A stretch of DNA of 63,313 bases, counting the filler, from Octopus bimaculoides (Eukaryota): assembly GCF_001194135.2 (NCBI RefSeq). It is 6 parts of 6 records of this genome, joined end to end, with 100 filler letters (N's around TTAATTAATTAA, not from the genome) between each part and the next. Parts side by side here need not be neighbours in the genome. Positions count along the whole stretch, not along the records: positions 9,630 to 33,199 come from NC_068983.1; positions 33,300 to 41,266 come from NC_068986.1; 4 more parts are not named here. One strand, 5' to 3'. Below the pieces are notes generated by a model. The model had not been told where the DNA came from and did no database searches. It worked only from the letters and a program-made list of their open reading frames with translations. Of the stretch, positions 26,302 through 40,372 are shown in pieces (within the stretch, counting starts at the first letter, position 1; each line of letters opens with the position of its first letter). Made by a program: the position numbers and the translations under genes.

Positions 26302-29113
26302 AGTACCTACCAACCTACGTACATTCATATATACATGTATACGTCCATGTGCGTGCCTGAGCATGTGTGTGTGCGCACGCGTATGTATGTATGTATATAT
26401 GCGTTAGCATATCTGCATTAGTAAGTACCCGCGTGTGTTAATGTGATATACCAGCTATATATGTAATATTCTCCAGGGTCGTTTGAAATTACTAAACCTT
26501 CATTAGATACAAAAATCTAAACCTTCATTAGATGCAAAAAATATTCTACTCACAAAAGGTTGAATATGATAACGAAAATAATGTACAATGTAATATTCCA
26601 GAAATTAAGAAAATGATGCTAAATCCTGGAGCACTGGGCGAACGATAAATTCTCATCATATACAAATATAGTTCTTGGCAAGAGCAAATTGTATCAAAAC
26701 ATTCAGAAGTCGGAAACACAGCATGAAACCACTTCTATATCCCATCTAAATTTAATCGTCTTGAGAGAGTGTTCTTCAAGAACTAAAACACATAAAAATA
26801 CTCCGTGTATGGATGAATAGATCGGAAGAATAACATTAACCTAAAAACGTAATAACGAATATTATATGAAATATACATTTACAACGTTATAACTACGGTA
26901 CGTGCAAAATATTTTTAAGTATATCTCAAATATCTAAATAGGCATAGCTCGTAAATATACCTCACATATCTAAATATTCTGCAATGTAACATGAACCAGA
27001 TTAAAAATAATACTTTTATGTATGTATTGCTTAATTTTCTGATGACGTAGGTATAATTCAAGAAATGCTCTTACGATCAAATCAACGAACACACGCTAAT
27101 ACACGTTACACTCAAATAGACAGGCAGGCTCTTTCACAAGGGATGTGATCTTTTAGCATGCATAAAAAACTGGCATTCAGTATATGAATATCTTAAATGA
27201 TGTTTGAAATGTAGGCTATTAAAATCAAACCCAGCGACATGATATCCTAACCATATCGTTCGGTGTTCTGCGTGGCACCTTGGGCATGTGTCTTCAACTA
27301 CACGCTCAGGATGCGTAACCTTACTCAAGTGTGAGGGACATTTCGAAGTAATGTGTATAAATGACTATACGTAGATATGCTAAACACGCTCACGAATGGA
27401 GAACAAAGGCATAATTTCATAATTATGTCAATGAGAATTTTAAATGATCCCCTATCACAAATACCGAATGATTGTTGTAAACTATGGAAAAGCTTTCAAA
27501 ATAGAGGAAGACAATAGTTAAAATTAAGATAAACAGCATTAAGTTGAATTTCATGGTTAAGAACATCAGATCCTCGTTCATTGTTCGTAAAATGAAGTTT
27601 GAACTCGCATTGCGTTGGAAATACCACACGATCATTTTCATTACAAATCCCCCTTCTTCTTTATGAGATACAACGTCGTTGATAATGGATTTTCTCTTTG
27701 CCAACTGCGGCAATGTAAAAAGGACCAATCAAGTTATCGCACTGGCTTATTTAGCCTTGAGCAACACCGCAATAATTGTAGCCTTGCGCAATACTAGAAA
27801 TCATTATTATTACTTCATTTCAATATAACACGAAGTCGTGTTTAAATAATATGTGTCTATGTCGGTAAGGAATAATATTTAAAAATCAAAAGATAAATGT
27901 GTAAAACTAAAATCAGTAAAGTTAATCAATAATTATACAGTATGAGGAGTCTGGTAAATTCTACAAGCATGTTTCCGAACAAAACTTTCTATCAAATACA
28001 TATATTGCTTCAAGGCAAATTGTGAAGTTATGAGGCTTAATGTTTATGCTTTACGACTTATGTTCATAAGGTCAGGGGTTAAAAAATTAGTCAAGGTCAC
28101 ATATTTTATATTTTGTCAAAGGTCATCTTATTGCGTTGCTGTAGGTTTTTCAACTAATATGAGGGTGTATCCTTATTTCCATTTAGATTCCATAAACCAG
28201 ATATTCTAACCGGTCAAAATCGGGCGGAGCAAGAAGTTGTCAATGACTGCAGCGATAACATATGCACCTGAAACAACTAGGGGTAGCATGCTGCACGTCA
28301 CGAAACTTTACTCAAATGTGTGGGGCTTTTTGATTTAGTGTATATAAATGGCAGAACAATTTCTCATTCTAGAAATGTTTATAGCGATGAGGTTGAATTG
28401 CATAATCAATAATCAGATAATAAATAAATAAAAAAGTATAAAGCAGCAATTGTAGACAACTGTTATAATCTAATAATATTGAATATCAATATATAACATC
28501 AACCAAAATTTCGAAATCAGAGAATATTGTAATATACACTCGCATAAAACTACACACTGGTAAGAGCATATAGATGAGTACAGAGTCAAATATTATGCGT
28601 TAAATACACATGCGCTTGCTCATACCGAAAGGTTGTTGCCATATATATAGTATGGATATGATTTTAGCTCTTCTGTGAGCAAAAATCAAAACCACGACTT
28701 CCACCCTGGTTAGGATTTAGACAATTCAGAAGCGGACCTTTTTATCAAATTCTCTATCCCAACAAATATTTCATCTTAGCTTAGGATATCAAAGGTATGT
28801 GCCACCGAGGACATCGTATCAGTCCAAACACAATGATGACTTATATGTTTTGGAGACAATAATAGCTGGTGCTATTCTATATTTACTCAAACATTATACA
28901 CACTGATATCTACCTTAAGTATATTACAAGTGCCTGTACCAATAAGAATATCTGTTTAATGTATCGATCTATATTTATCTATGTATCTAGTTATTTTCGT
29001 AAATATGAATGTGAGTATGTACCTGAATATATTTACACGTACGTACAAACATACACAGAGATATATATACATAGAAATATATATATGCATAAATATATAC
29101 ATATATATATGTA

Positions 29114-30567
29114 CACAGACATGCCAGAAATATATAGACACCTTTGATTTTCAAAATGCTTGATCTAAACGTCTTAATATGTCTTCAGCGGTGTAGAATT
29201 TACAACGTAATTATTCTTTTCTTCATTTCAATTGCCATTATATTAAATATTTGCCAAGATTAACCATGCCACGCACAAAACAAATTCAGCAGAATCTTCA
29301 GATTTTCAAAAAGTCGTATTGTTGCACAATATGAGGCTGGTCTGAGCCAGCGAAAAACTGCCGAAAAATATTCAAATTCCTCTTGCTACTGTTCATAGAA
29401 TTACAGTGCAATCCAAAAGCGAAGGAAAAGAATCAACAGGTTCTCGTCCCGGCCGACCTGGGCCCTCGCAAAGGAACCCAGTTCGAAGGCTTCTGACTTT
29501 TCAAAACAGCTAGAAGTTAGTCCAAGAACGTGTGTTACATATCTGCATAAGGTTGGGTATTATGGACGGGCAGCTAGAAGAAAACCTCTCCTTCAACCAA
29601 CTAATATCATGAAAAGAAAGAAATGAGCTAAGGAGATATCAGAAAAATACAGTTTCGTTTGGGATAGAGTGATTTTCTCAGCTGAATCCAATTTTGCATT
29701 ATTTTCAGATAGTGGACGTGTTTGGGTCTGGAGGCTTCCCAATCAAGAATTTGATTTGAAACGACTCCAACTAACTGCGAAATATGGCGGTATCTCTGTA
29801 ATGGTATTGGGAGAAATCAACAGCAACGGTCGTTCTGAGATGATCGAATGTTTTGGAACCATAAACTCCGAAAAATACAACGAAATACTTAAGCAAGGAC
29901 TATCCTACTTGCGATGTACTCACACGATAACATGGACAATGGAGCTCCAGCCCACACAGCGAAAAGAAAGCAACAATGGCTGACTGAAAATGGGATCAAA
30001 TATTTTCCTTTGCTGAGCCAATCTCCTGACATGAACCCACTTGAAAATATTTGGAGCATACGAGATACAGTTATACAAAAAGCTCGACAGAAACCTAAAT
30101 CTAAGCCGGCGAGATGGCAGAAACGTTAGCACGCCGGGCGAAATGCGTAGCGGTATTTCGTCTGCCACTACGTTCTGAGTTCAAATTCCGCCGATATCGA
30201 GTTTGCTTTTCATCTTTTTGTGCTCGATTAAATAAGTACGAGTTACGCACTAGGGCCGATACAATCGGCTTAATCCGTTTGTCTGTCCTTGTTTGTCCCC
30301 ACAGTGTGTAGCCCCTTGTGGGCAGTAAAGAAATAAGAAACCTAAATCTAAAGATTAATTGTTTCGATTGTTGCGTGAAAAGTGGACAAAAATTCCACAA
30401 GAGACAATCACAAAGCTCATCGGTTCAATGCCAAAAAGAGTTTCTGAATTAATAATTGCAAAGGGAATGTCAACTAAATATTAAAGTATGTAGTCCTACC
30501 TATCGATTACATTTGAATGAAAGATTTTGAAAATTAAAGGTGTCTATTTACTTTCTGCATGTCTGTG
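29114..30567 (+). mobile_element. Full-length inactive Tc1-like transposon
   Basis: ~44-bp TIRs (CACAGACATGC.AGAAA..A.ATAGACACCTTT.ATTTTCAAAAT) with TA on the left and CA on the right. The broken transposase reads MPRTKQI...SRPGRP...AARRKPLL...WDRVIFSAESNF...KYGGISVMVLG...DNGAPAHT...QSPDMNPLENIW...SMPKRVSELIIAKGMSTKY*. Confidence 0.9.
30105..30335 (+). mobile_element. Family B SINE inserted into the Tc1 transposase
   Basis: Perfect 16-bp TSD AGAAACCTAAATCTAA at 30089-30104 and 30336-30351. Confidence 0.9.
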
Positions 30568-30977
30568 CATATGTACACACACACACATGTATATATGTAT
30601 TTAAAAATTCATTTAAAAATTTCATAACGTGGGTAGAAATTGATATTAATCAATTAAAACCAGTGGCCTAGCATATTTAAAAAATGCGAAATGTAATTAA
30701 TATACACACACATGCATACAGAGAGACAAACCTGGACGCGTGCACACAGACATATAATAGACAGATATGCGTGCACGTGTGTGTACGTTGAATGTTTGCA
30801 TGCAAGTGTGTGTATGTATGTTAGACGTCTTTCTATACCACAGAACAACGCTTCTTAGAAAACAGATTAACATTTGAAATGAGAATGAAACCAAGAAACT
30901 TTTTAATGCTTTTCTATTATAGACGCTGAAAATTGGCAAAATATGTCGGTACGCTAGAAGCAAGATTATTGCGTTCT

Positions 30978-31014
<37 letters not shown>

Positions 31015-31024
31015 NNNNNNNNNN

Positions 31025-31057
<33 letters not shown>

Positions 31058-32033
31058 ATATAGATGTACATACACTGCGCGCGCATACATACAAATATAT
31101 ACTAGACATTATAATAGGTCACCTTGAAATATTAAATGCTATCAAGTGCAATAGACTCAATAACAGGCACAATGAACTATATAAAGTAACAGTATGTCTC
31201 TACGTATGACAAAGAAATTGAGACTTTGATAAGATTTAAACAATGTAATATATTTTACTTCTGTAGTACGTATCATCAATCTTCTGATATCATTGCACGT
31301 ACATCTCTCCATTATTTCTATCTATGTGAAATCATACCATAAATAGATAAGGAAATTAGGGTATGGCTATTAAACTCGGTAATCAATAAAATTATTTGAC
31401 GAGACTACAACCAATAAATCCAGTGAAATTAGAATAATCGATGCAATTATAAATAGCACCTGCTCATGCAGCTACGCTTTACATGCACACAGACAAACCT
31501 GAAATTCAAATAAAAACAAGACATAAGCGTGTGTGTATCAGCGTGCACACTCTTATATATATATATACATATATATGTGAGTGTGTGTGTGTACATATAT
31601 ATGTACGTATGTATATGTGTGTTTATGTATACGCGTGTGTAAGTGTGTGTGTGTGTGTGTNNNNNNNNNNNNNNNNNNNNNNNNNNNNNNNNNNNNNNNN
31701 NNNNNNNNNNNNNNNNNNNNNNNNNNNNNNNNNNNNNNNNNNNNNNNNNNNNNNNNNNNNNNNNNNNNNNNNNNNNNNNNNNNNNNNNNNNNNNNNNNNN
31801 NNNNNNNNNNNNNNNNNNNNNNNNNNNNNNNNNNNNNNNNNNNNNNNNNNNNNNNNNNNNNNNNNNNNNNNNNNNNNNNNNNNNNNNNNNNNNNNNNNNN
31901 NNNNNNNNNNNNNNNNNNNNNNNNNNNNNNNNNNNNTATATATATATATATATATATATACATATATATGTGAGTGTGTGTGTGTACATATATATGTACG
32001 TATGTATATGTGTGTTTATGTATACGCGTGTGT

Positions 32034-32079
<46 letters not shown>

Positions 32080-33127
32080 TATTTTAAAACAAGAATATTA
32101 TTATTGGACGTAATGTCGAAATATCTCTCAGTGAATCCGAAAATAGAAAGCAAAATAATTTTAGATTTTCAATTTCTAAATCGTTTTAGAATTTCAATTT
32201 AATATTTTTTGCTATGTATATATATTAATACATAAACACGTTTTATCGTACCCCACTCTCGCTCATCCAGAGGCCTGTGCATTATATAATTCCCATATTT
32301 TAAACGAATTTGCTCTTAGTGCTACCTCCATAGAACACAAGTGTTAAAATGTTTAAATACTAACCAAGTCGCTTATAGAACTATTGACAACGAGGCAGAT
32401 GCATACAGACCAACGCACATCCTTTTTGGTAGCTATAAGAGAAACTAATTCCTATACTAACAATATTATAGCATACCTAATTAATAGCCCCACCTTCTAA
32501 ATTAAAATAGAAAATTGCTGAAATAACGGAAGCAACAAATACAGGAACTGTTCTTTTGGGAACTCCTAAAATACAGGAACTTCTGTTCTTTTGGGCACCC
32601 CTAAACAAATTGCTCTACAAAACAGCTGGCACACATTTACTAAGTTTCTAAATACTGGGCTATGTACTTTTGACCATTGTACTATCAAAGCAAAAGATTA
32701 AAGGCAATACAGCTCTTGACGAAAAATATTGCCACATTCTACAACTAACTAACAAAATGGACACGCCTTATAATGCACACCTGCTTTCAAGGTTCTCCTA
32801 AGTGAATAAATTGTAAACAATAATATAACACCAAATTTAATCCATGAATATTTGTTTACAACACCCTCAACATAAGAATACAACCTAAAACCAATTACGA
32901 CTCCACTCAAACCCACAAACCCAAGGAACGGTTCATCTCAGCAGAGACTACATGAGGCTAAAATGGCAGACTGATGATGGCTTAACTGACCGAAACTTCG
33001 AAGTAACTGTCAGTAATATTTTGGTTCAAAATCATAATTTTGTATTCTACAAAAAATATTGAGTAACCCATTACAATAAAGTAAGAATTTTTAAAAAAAT
33101 TATAAATAAGCATGAAATCAAATAGCG

Positions 33128-33182
<55 letters not shown>

Positions 33183-33243
33183 ATGTGTATGTCAATATAN
33201 NNNNNNNNNNNNNNNNNNNNNNNNNNNNNNNNNNNNNNNNNNN

Positions 33244-33255
33244 TTAATTAATTAA
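33244..33255. other. Artificial scaffolding linker TTAATTAATTAA
   Basis: Same linker inside an N spacer. Confidence 0.9.
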
Positions 33256-33299
33256 NNNNNNNNNNNNNNNNNNNNNNNNNNNNNNNNNNNNNNNNNNNN

Positions 33300-33330
<31 letters not shown>

Positions 33331-34713
33331 GGTGGCAAGCTGGCAGAAACTATTATTATTATTATCACCATCATCATTGCAGTAAGATGGCAGAATCATT
33401 AGTATTTTGGACAAAATGCTTGACAGCATTTTTCGCAGCTCTTCATATTCTGAGTTCAAATTCCACTGAAGTTAACTTGGCCTTTCATCCTTTTGGAGTT
33501 GATAAAATGAGCAGCTCTTGAATGCTGGGGGGTCAGTGTAATTGACTTACCCTCTCTGTCAAAATTGTTGGCCTTGTGCCTTTAGTAGAAAGGATTATTA
33601 TTATTATTACTAGCTGAACTCGTGCCATCAAATATGAAGGTTAATGGTAGTATTTTATATATAAATAAGGTACATAATAATCACAGATACAAACATTCAC
33701 ATACTTCCCTTGTACATGCACACACACACATATATTCACATGAAGTTGAAACGCTGTTTGAGTTTTTCTTTTCAGCATTGACTGTTCACCATTGCACACA
33801 CACACATTCACATACCTCCCTTTTACATACACACACAGTTGAAGTGGTCCTGCTACCAGTTTGCCTTCACCCCTTCCTTTCTCATTCATATGTTGTGATG
33901 GAGAAAAACACAAGAGTATTATTATTAGTAGTAGTAGTAGTAGTAAGAAGATAGCAAACTGGCAGTCATTAAAAAAATTGGACAAAATGCTTAGCAGCAT
34001 TTCTTTTAACTCTTGACATTATGAGTTCAAATTCTACGGTCAACTTTCGTCTTTCGTCCCTTCAGGGTCGCTATAAAATAAGCACCAATTGAGCACTGGG
34101 GTTGCTGTAATTGATTGACCCCCAACTCCCTGCTAAAATCACTGGACCTGCCTGAATATTTCTAATAATTACTATCTATATNNNNNNNNNNNNNNNNNNN
34201 NNNNNNNNNNNNNNNNNNNNNNNNNNNNNNNNNNNNNNNNNNNNNNNNNNNNNNNNNNNNNNNNNNNNNNNNNNNNNNNNNNNNNNNNNNNNNNNNNNNN
34301 NNNNNNNNNNNNNNNNNNNNNNNNNNNNNNNNNNNNNNNNNNNNNNNNNNNNNNNNNNNNNNNNNNNNNNNNNNNNNNNNNNNNNNNNNNNNNNNNNNNN
34401 NNNNNNNNNNNNNNNNNNNNNNNNNNNNNNNNNNNNNNNNNNNNNNNNNNNNNNNNNNNNNNNNNNNNNNNNNNNNNNNNNNNNNNNNNNNNNNNNNNNN
34501 NNNNNNNNNNNNNNNNNNNNNNNNNNNNNNNNNNNNNNNNNNNNNNNNNNNNNNNNNNNNNNNNNNNNNNNNNNNNNNNNNNNNNNNNNNNNNNNNNNNN
34601 NNNNNNNNNNNNNNNNNNNNNNNNNNNNNNNNNNNNNNNNNNNNNNNNNNNNNNNNNNNNNNNNNNNNNNNNNNNNNNNNNNNNNNNNNNNNNNNNNNNN
34701 NNNNNNNNNNNNN

Positions 34714-34744
<31 letters not shown>

Positions 34745-34752
<8 letters not shown>

Positions 34753-34965
34753 GTGTGTATATGTTTGTGTCTGTGTTTGTCCCCCCCAACATCGTTTGAC
34801 AACTGATACTGGTGTGTTAAGGTCCCCGTAACTTAGTGGTTCGGCAAAAGAGACTGATAGAATAGGTACTAGGCTTACAAAGAATAAGTCCTGGGGTCGA
34901 TTTGCTCGACTAAAGGCGGTGCTCCAGCATGGCCACAGTCAAATGGCTGAAACAAGTAAAAGAGA
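34745..34965 (+). mobile_element. Family A SINE, 3' half
   Basis: GTTTGTCCCCCC.ACATCG.TTGACAAC...CTAAAGGCGGTGCTCCAGCATGGCCACAGTCAAATG.CTGAAACAAGTAAAAGAG. Confidence 0.8.
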
Positions 34966-35147
34966 AGTACTTATTATCCACATTCCTAGCATTGTAATGT
35001 GACTGATGTGTAACGTTTCCTGAAAGTCAATGGGTAAAACTGAGACCTTCAAACAACTGCTTGTGATGACTGAATTGCTTCTTTCTAGATCAATCTTATA
35101 ACATTAAGATAGAAAATATATATATAGATATATATATATGTGTGCAG

Positions 35148-35500
35148 ATGTGGTAAGAAGCTTGCTTCCCAACCGCATGGTTTCGGGTTCAGTCCCACTG
35201 CGTGGCACCTTGGGCAAGTGTCTTCCATTATAGCCTCAGGCTGACCAAAGCCTTATGAGTGGATTTGGTAGATGGAAACTGAAAGAAGCCCATCATATAT
35301 ATATATATGTCTGTGTTTGTCTCCCACCATCACCTGACAACTGATGTTGGTGTGTTTACATCCCCATAACGTCACAGTTTGGCAAAAGGGACTGATACAA
35401 TAAGTACTGGGCTTACAAAGAATAAGTCCTAGGATCGATTTGTTTGACTAAAGACGGTGCTCCAGCATGGTCACAGTCAAATAACTGAAACAAGCAAAAT
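35148..35500 (+). mobile_element. Family A SINE, near full length
   Basis: TGTGGTAAGAAGCTTGCTTCCCAACC...TTCAGTCCCACTGCGTGGCACCTTGGGCAAGTG..., internal (AT)n, then the 3' half. Confidence 0.85.
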
Positions 35501-35505
35501 AATAC

Positions 35506-35549
<44 letters not shown>

Positions 35550-36069
35550 CAGCGTGGAAGGTGTTTATAAGCCATTTAAAATAACACACAAAAACCGTTA
35601 GATTCATATATATATATTACAAATTAAAAATTAAAATAAACATAATCCTGCATTACTTGTTGCCACACGTAAAGCTAAGTTTTCCTCCATATCTGTTTCA
35701 AGACAAGTGTTAGTGTCAAAGCTATAAAACATGCTCAGACATGATTTTTATGGACAACAAACACCAGATCTTTCTCTTGAGCTTTTACTGTGTTAGGTTT
35801 AACCTGAATGGTTTGAAGTGGAAGGTAGGTGGTGGGGGCAGATTTGCTGAGCAGAAATCAACCTGTTGCTTGATATTGAGTATTAATGCGAAGATAATAA
35901 CCTCTTTGTTCATTATTTACATTGGACGGATATGTGACTTCATCTTGTTTGTTGTTACCACAACATTTCGGCTGATTTACTCTCCGTCCTTCATCAGGTG
36001 TCCTGGTAGGCTTTTGAACCCAACCCTGGGTTCTCATTCCTAAAGTATCTTTCAATGTTATTATTATTA

Positions 36070-36330
36070 TTATTCACGTCGTGCGGGTGACACGTAAAAG
36101 CACCCACTACACTCTCTGAGTGGTTGGCGTTAGGAAGGGCATTCAGCCGTAGTAACTCTGCCAAATCAGATTGGAGCCTGGTGTAGCCATCTGGTTTCAC
36201 CAGTCCTCAGTCAAATCGTCCAACCCATGCTAGCATGGAAAGCTGACGTNNNNNNNNNNGTTTCACCAGTCCTCAGTCAAATCGTCCAACCCATGCTAGC
36301 ATGGAAAGCTGACGTTAAAGGACGATGATG
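36070..36330 (+). mobile_element. SINE-like repeat (family D)
   Basis: CACTCTCTGAGTGGTTGGCGTTAGGAAGGGCATTCAGCCGTA...CCATGCTAGCATGGAAAG.TGACGTTAAA then (GAT)n. A related copy lies near 50330-50380. Confidence 0.6.
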
Positions 36331-36654
36331 ATGATTATTATTGTTGTTGTTGTTATTGTTCAAGTCACTGCTTGGAATCGAACTCGGAATCTTGGAGTTA
36401 GTAGCCTGCGCTCTTAACCACTATGCCATATGCTCATTCCAAGCAGTGACCTGAACAATGACAATAATAATAATAATAATAATAACAATATCGCAAAATG
36501 CCTTGGGAATGAGAACCCAGGTTCAAAATTTCCCCAAGACACCTGAAGAAGGCTGGAGGGTATATCAGCCAAAACGTTGTATTAACAACAAACAAGATGA
36601 GGACAAATATCCGTCAAATGTAAATATGAACCCATGTTGGGGTGGAAAATTATA

Positions 36655-36925
36655 CTCTATTTTTGTTTTACTTGTTTCAGTCAATAGTCTGTGGCCATGC
36701 TGGGGCACTGTCTTGAAGTATTTTCATTTGAATGAACTGACTCTAGTACTTATTTTTTCTAAGCCTGGTACTTATTCTATCGGTTTCTTTTGCCGAACTG
36801 CTAAGTTACAGGAACATACACCTACACCAGTTATCAAGCGGTGGTGGCAGACAAACACACACATGTATACATGATGGGCTTCTTTCAGTTTCCATCTACC
36901 AAATCCACTCACAAGGCTTTGGTTA
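36655..36925 (-). mobile_element. Family A SINE (reverse, 5'-truncated)
   Basis: Reverse-complement match to family A. Confidence 0.7.
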
Positions 36926-38424
36926 CCACTCAGACATGGCTTGCACCTATCTCCAGGAATGGAATATCATCTTAACCCTTTGTGCCTGTGAATACACTTG
37001 AGAATGCATGATTTCATTTGACTGAAGCCCTGAAAGGTACAAAAGTATGTGGCCACATATTTTTGTGTTTATGACCAAAAATAATGATGTTTCAATTGAT
37101 TAGAAAGCTATAACCCTAGAAGATACAAAAAGCAGGTGGCCAGTGGTTTTGTGTTTACTCACTGTGTGTGTGTGTGTGTGTGTGTATCTTAGTAGCATTG
37201 CTTTACTCATTGTCTGCCACCAAGCCTAGTATGTGCACTCATTCTGAATTTATGTTAACTGTCTCACCCCATCTCTCTATATACAATGTGTGTATAGCAT
37301 GACTAGAGAAATCAAATAACCAGCATTTATATTAGCTGCTATTATTATTATTATTATCATTATTATATACATATACAGTGGCAGAACCATTAACGAATTG
37401 GTCAGAATGCTCGGTAGCGTTTCATCTTCATCTTTACATTCTGCACTCAAATTTCTGTCAATGTCGACTTTGCCTTTCAGGGTAAAAAAAAAAAGTAGCG
37501 ATCAAATACTGGGGTAAATGTAATCACCTTCCCCCTCCCCTCAAAAAAACTGCTGGCTCTATGCCAAAATTTGAAATTATTGTTATAGAGAGATTTTGTC
37601 TTTATAAAACCATATTGCTTTGGGTTATTTCTCAAATTATCCAAACAACCAAAGGAATCCAACGATTGACAAACCAGCTGGCAGTGGTAGAAGGTTTACC
37701 AGCCTTTCCTTCTGCAATTGTAGAAATTCTAACACTAGTTTCATTTTTTCATTCTGATATCAAAGCAGATGAGCAGATGAAAATGGGAACCCCTAATCAC
37801 AAGCTGTTGAGCATTTGCATGTATTTACCATAGAAGTCTGTGGAAAGTACAAATTGTACAAACAAGATTGGGTGTTAGTATAGTATGTGGTCTACCACAG
37901 TGTCAAGTAGTATAGCCAGATACTTCAGATATTTCAGAGATAAAACACTTCATACATTATAAAGGAATTACACTAATAAGAAAAATTGAATCTTATTTTA
38001 TTTTATATGATAAAGAAACTACACAGATAAATCAAGACAATCCATTTTAATGATAAACACTTCTTATGTCATTAAGGAACAATACAAATAAATCTTTCCT
38101 CTTCATCACCCAGCAGTAGTTTTTAAGGTAGTTAACCCTGGCTATACTATTTACTCGGCCTGGTAGAAATAACAGCCAAATCTAAAAATTACATGGCACC
38201 ATTTTTAAAAGATCCAAGACATTAGATAATGTTTCTCCAGATTGGATTGGACTGGATTGCCAATCTTCAGTCCACGGCAGGACGAAGTCCTTAGCAAGTT
38301 CTTTCTGTCAACCACAGTCTGACGTGAATTTGCACTCGAAATCATACTGGTTTGGTACATGGCCTCGGTATGGTTTCACAGGGTGCAGTTTTTAAACTCT
38401 TACCCAGGAGTTGTTAAGTCAATC

Positions 38425-38560
38425 ACATCGACCCCAGAGCTCAACAGGTACATATTTTATCGACTCCGAAAACATGGAAGGCAAAGTCGACCTCAGCGGA
38501 ATTTGAACTCAGAACTATAAGGGCAGCCAGCATGCTAACGATTCTGCCAGCTCGTTGCAG
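38425..38560 (-). mobile_element. Family B SINE (reverse)
   Basis: AAGGCAAAGTCGACCTCAGCGGAATTTGAACTCAGAA...CTAACGATTCTGCCAGCTCG. Confidence 0.75.
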
Positions 38561-39552
38561 ACACCTCCCAAAAATAATAGACGAGATACGGTTTGAATAC
38601 CTTTGATCATTTGATCGTAGGTTTACTTGAACAGAGTTGACGTGAAGCTGAAAACAAAAACTTGAGCCTCTAGACATTATCATAATATATGCAGGTGCAC
38701 GCACATGCACACGTACGCGCCCGCACACAAACACACACAGCGGAACAGCATTACTCTTTAGTAGTTTTGACAAACGACGTTTGTTTATATAAGTGTCAGA
38801 ACAAAGACATCATCTGTTGAGAACATTAACAAGAAAACTTTGTGACACCAACATATACAATAAGCATTTATTTATATATTCGATTGTCAACAAAGTAACG
38901 GACATCTTTTCAAAAACAGAAAGATTGGTGTCGTATTTAAACCAGCGTGTTGTTGTGTCTATGAACCGCATAACCGAACTACCTGCTGCTATCAAAACTG
39001 TAAGAATTATTTCAAAGATGAAGAAATCTCATCTAAAGCTATTTACTTTCTAAACAGATTAATCTGATATTGATCTAAAACTTGTTTTCTCTTCCTTAGA
39101 AAGTGTGGGGGTGAATGAGAAGGTGGTCACCCCTCAGGCAGTTTGTGTGAGTTTTTCGATTCTGAGATATCCTGATTCATGCTGGAAAATCAATATTTAC
39201 AAATAGCAAAAGTGAGTGGACCTTGGAGTTTGTAGCGAGTTGTCTGGTGTGCTCTGTTGCGAATTTTGTTTAGAACGTTGGAAGAAAGTCAGAAGGCGAA
39301 TGTATGAACGAACTCAACATACTATATTTGAGGAGAGGTAACCCTCTCGTACAAGCGGTAGTAAGTGATATTACAATTTTTAAGTAAATGTTGAATAAAA
39401 TGTGTGGGAACAGAATGTACAATTGCGAGGGTTGGGTGACAGGAAGAGTTTCAACAGGCTCTTTGTAGCTTAAATGATTCCAGGAGTTGCATGGCATAGC
39501 TGATTTTAGAGTCATGCTCGCGTATCAAAATATGAGCTACAACTCCCTAGTT

Positions 39553-39640
39553 CAGTGGTTCCCAAAGTTTTTAGAGATACGACCCACTATTTACAACACC
39601 AGTTTATGGCGACCCACTTAACTCTACTGGGTCAAAACAT
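39553..39640. mobile_element. hAT-type terminal fragment
   Basis: CAGTGGTTCCCAAA terminus followed by GCGACCCAC-type subterminal motifs. The partner end was not found. Confidence 0.4.
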
Positions 39641-39922
39641 TAATGAAAGAAATAAATTTATTTCAGATTACATTTTCATTGAGGCCTGTTAGAAGGATGA
39701 GCCTGTTTCTTGCTACGCTCAATAATAGAATTAGCATCAGGTTCAATGCGTGATAGTTTCAGCCGTAAAGAATTTGAGAGCTGCAGTTTATTTCGAAATA
39801 AATCCTTCGATACCAACAAGTGAAAATACATCCAAATAAAATTTCAGGACAAGCAAAAATGACGTAGCAACGTTCAGGTTTATGTACAGTATCTGTACGG
39901 ATGTATGTGATACAAGGCTAAG

Positions 39923-40010
39923 GCAGTGTGCAGGATGTGCCAGCCAGTGTAAATCTGAAGCAGTATGCAGGATGTGCCAGCCGGTGTAAAACTGAAGCAG
40001 TGTGCAGAAG
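39923..40010 (+). repeat. 37-bp tandem repeat (~2.3 copies) in a Cys-rich decayed frame
   Basis: GCAGTGTGCAGGATGTGCCAGCCAGTGTAAATCTGAA starts at 39923, 39960 and 39997. Confidence 0.85.
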
Positions 40011-40372
40011 TGCAGAATATGCCAGGTGTTTGACAACACAAAACGTACATGAAAAGGCAAAAAGAAAGCAATGTGAAAGCGAGAAGCAAAGAGGCATGCA
40101 AACAACAATTTAAGTCAAGCAAAAATGTCAGAAACAGCGAGCAAGTGTCCTGAAAAGCGAAAGAATAAAGATGTAAGAGAGTAAAAAGGCGGAAAGGGGT
40201 CAGTTCATATAAAGATTGTTTGAAGGAGACAAGATGCCTGAAAGTGTCGAAACGGCGGCTGAGTAATAGTAGAAATTACAGCAGCGATTGCTGTACCTGA
40301 TGTAATTTCACAAACCGAAGCTTTGCATCAGAGATGGAGAGATGCTGTAACGCGAGTGCAGTACAGCGCAGT

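Noticed and set aside
31555-32070. Identical ~100-bp sequence on both sides of the gap at 31661-31936
   Set aside because: Most likely overlapping contig ends (assembly artefact) rather than a real duplication.
32330-33030. Possible Penelope-like 3' remnant (CTGATGATGG...CCGAAAC)
   Set aside because: Only a short terminal motif with no recognisable protein remnant, which is too weak to call.
36193-36317. 56-bp direct duplication across a 10-N gap
   Set aside because: Unmerged contig overlap.
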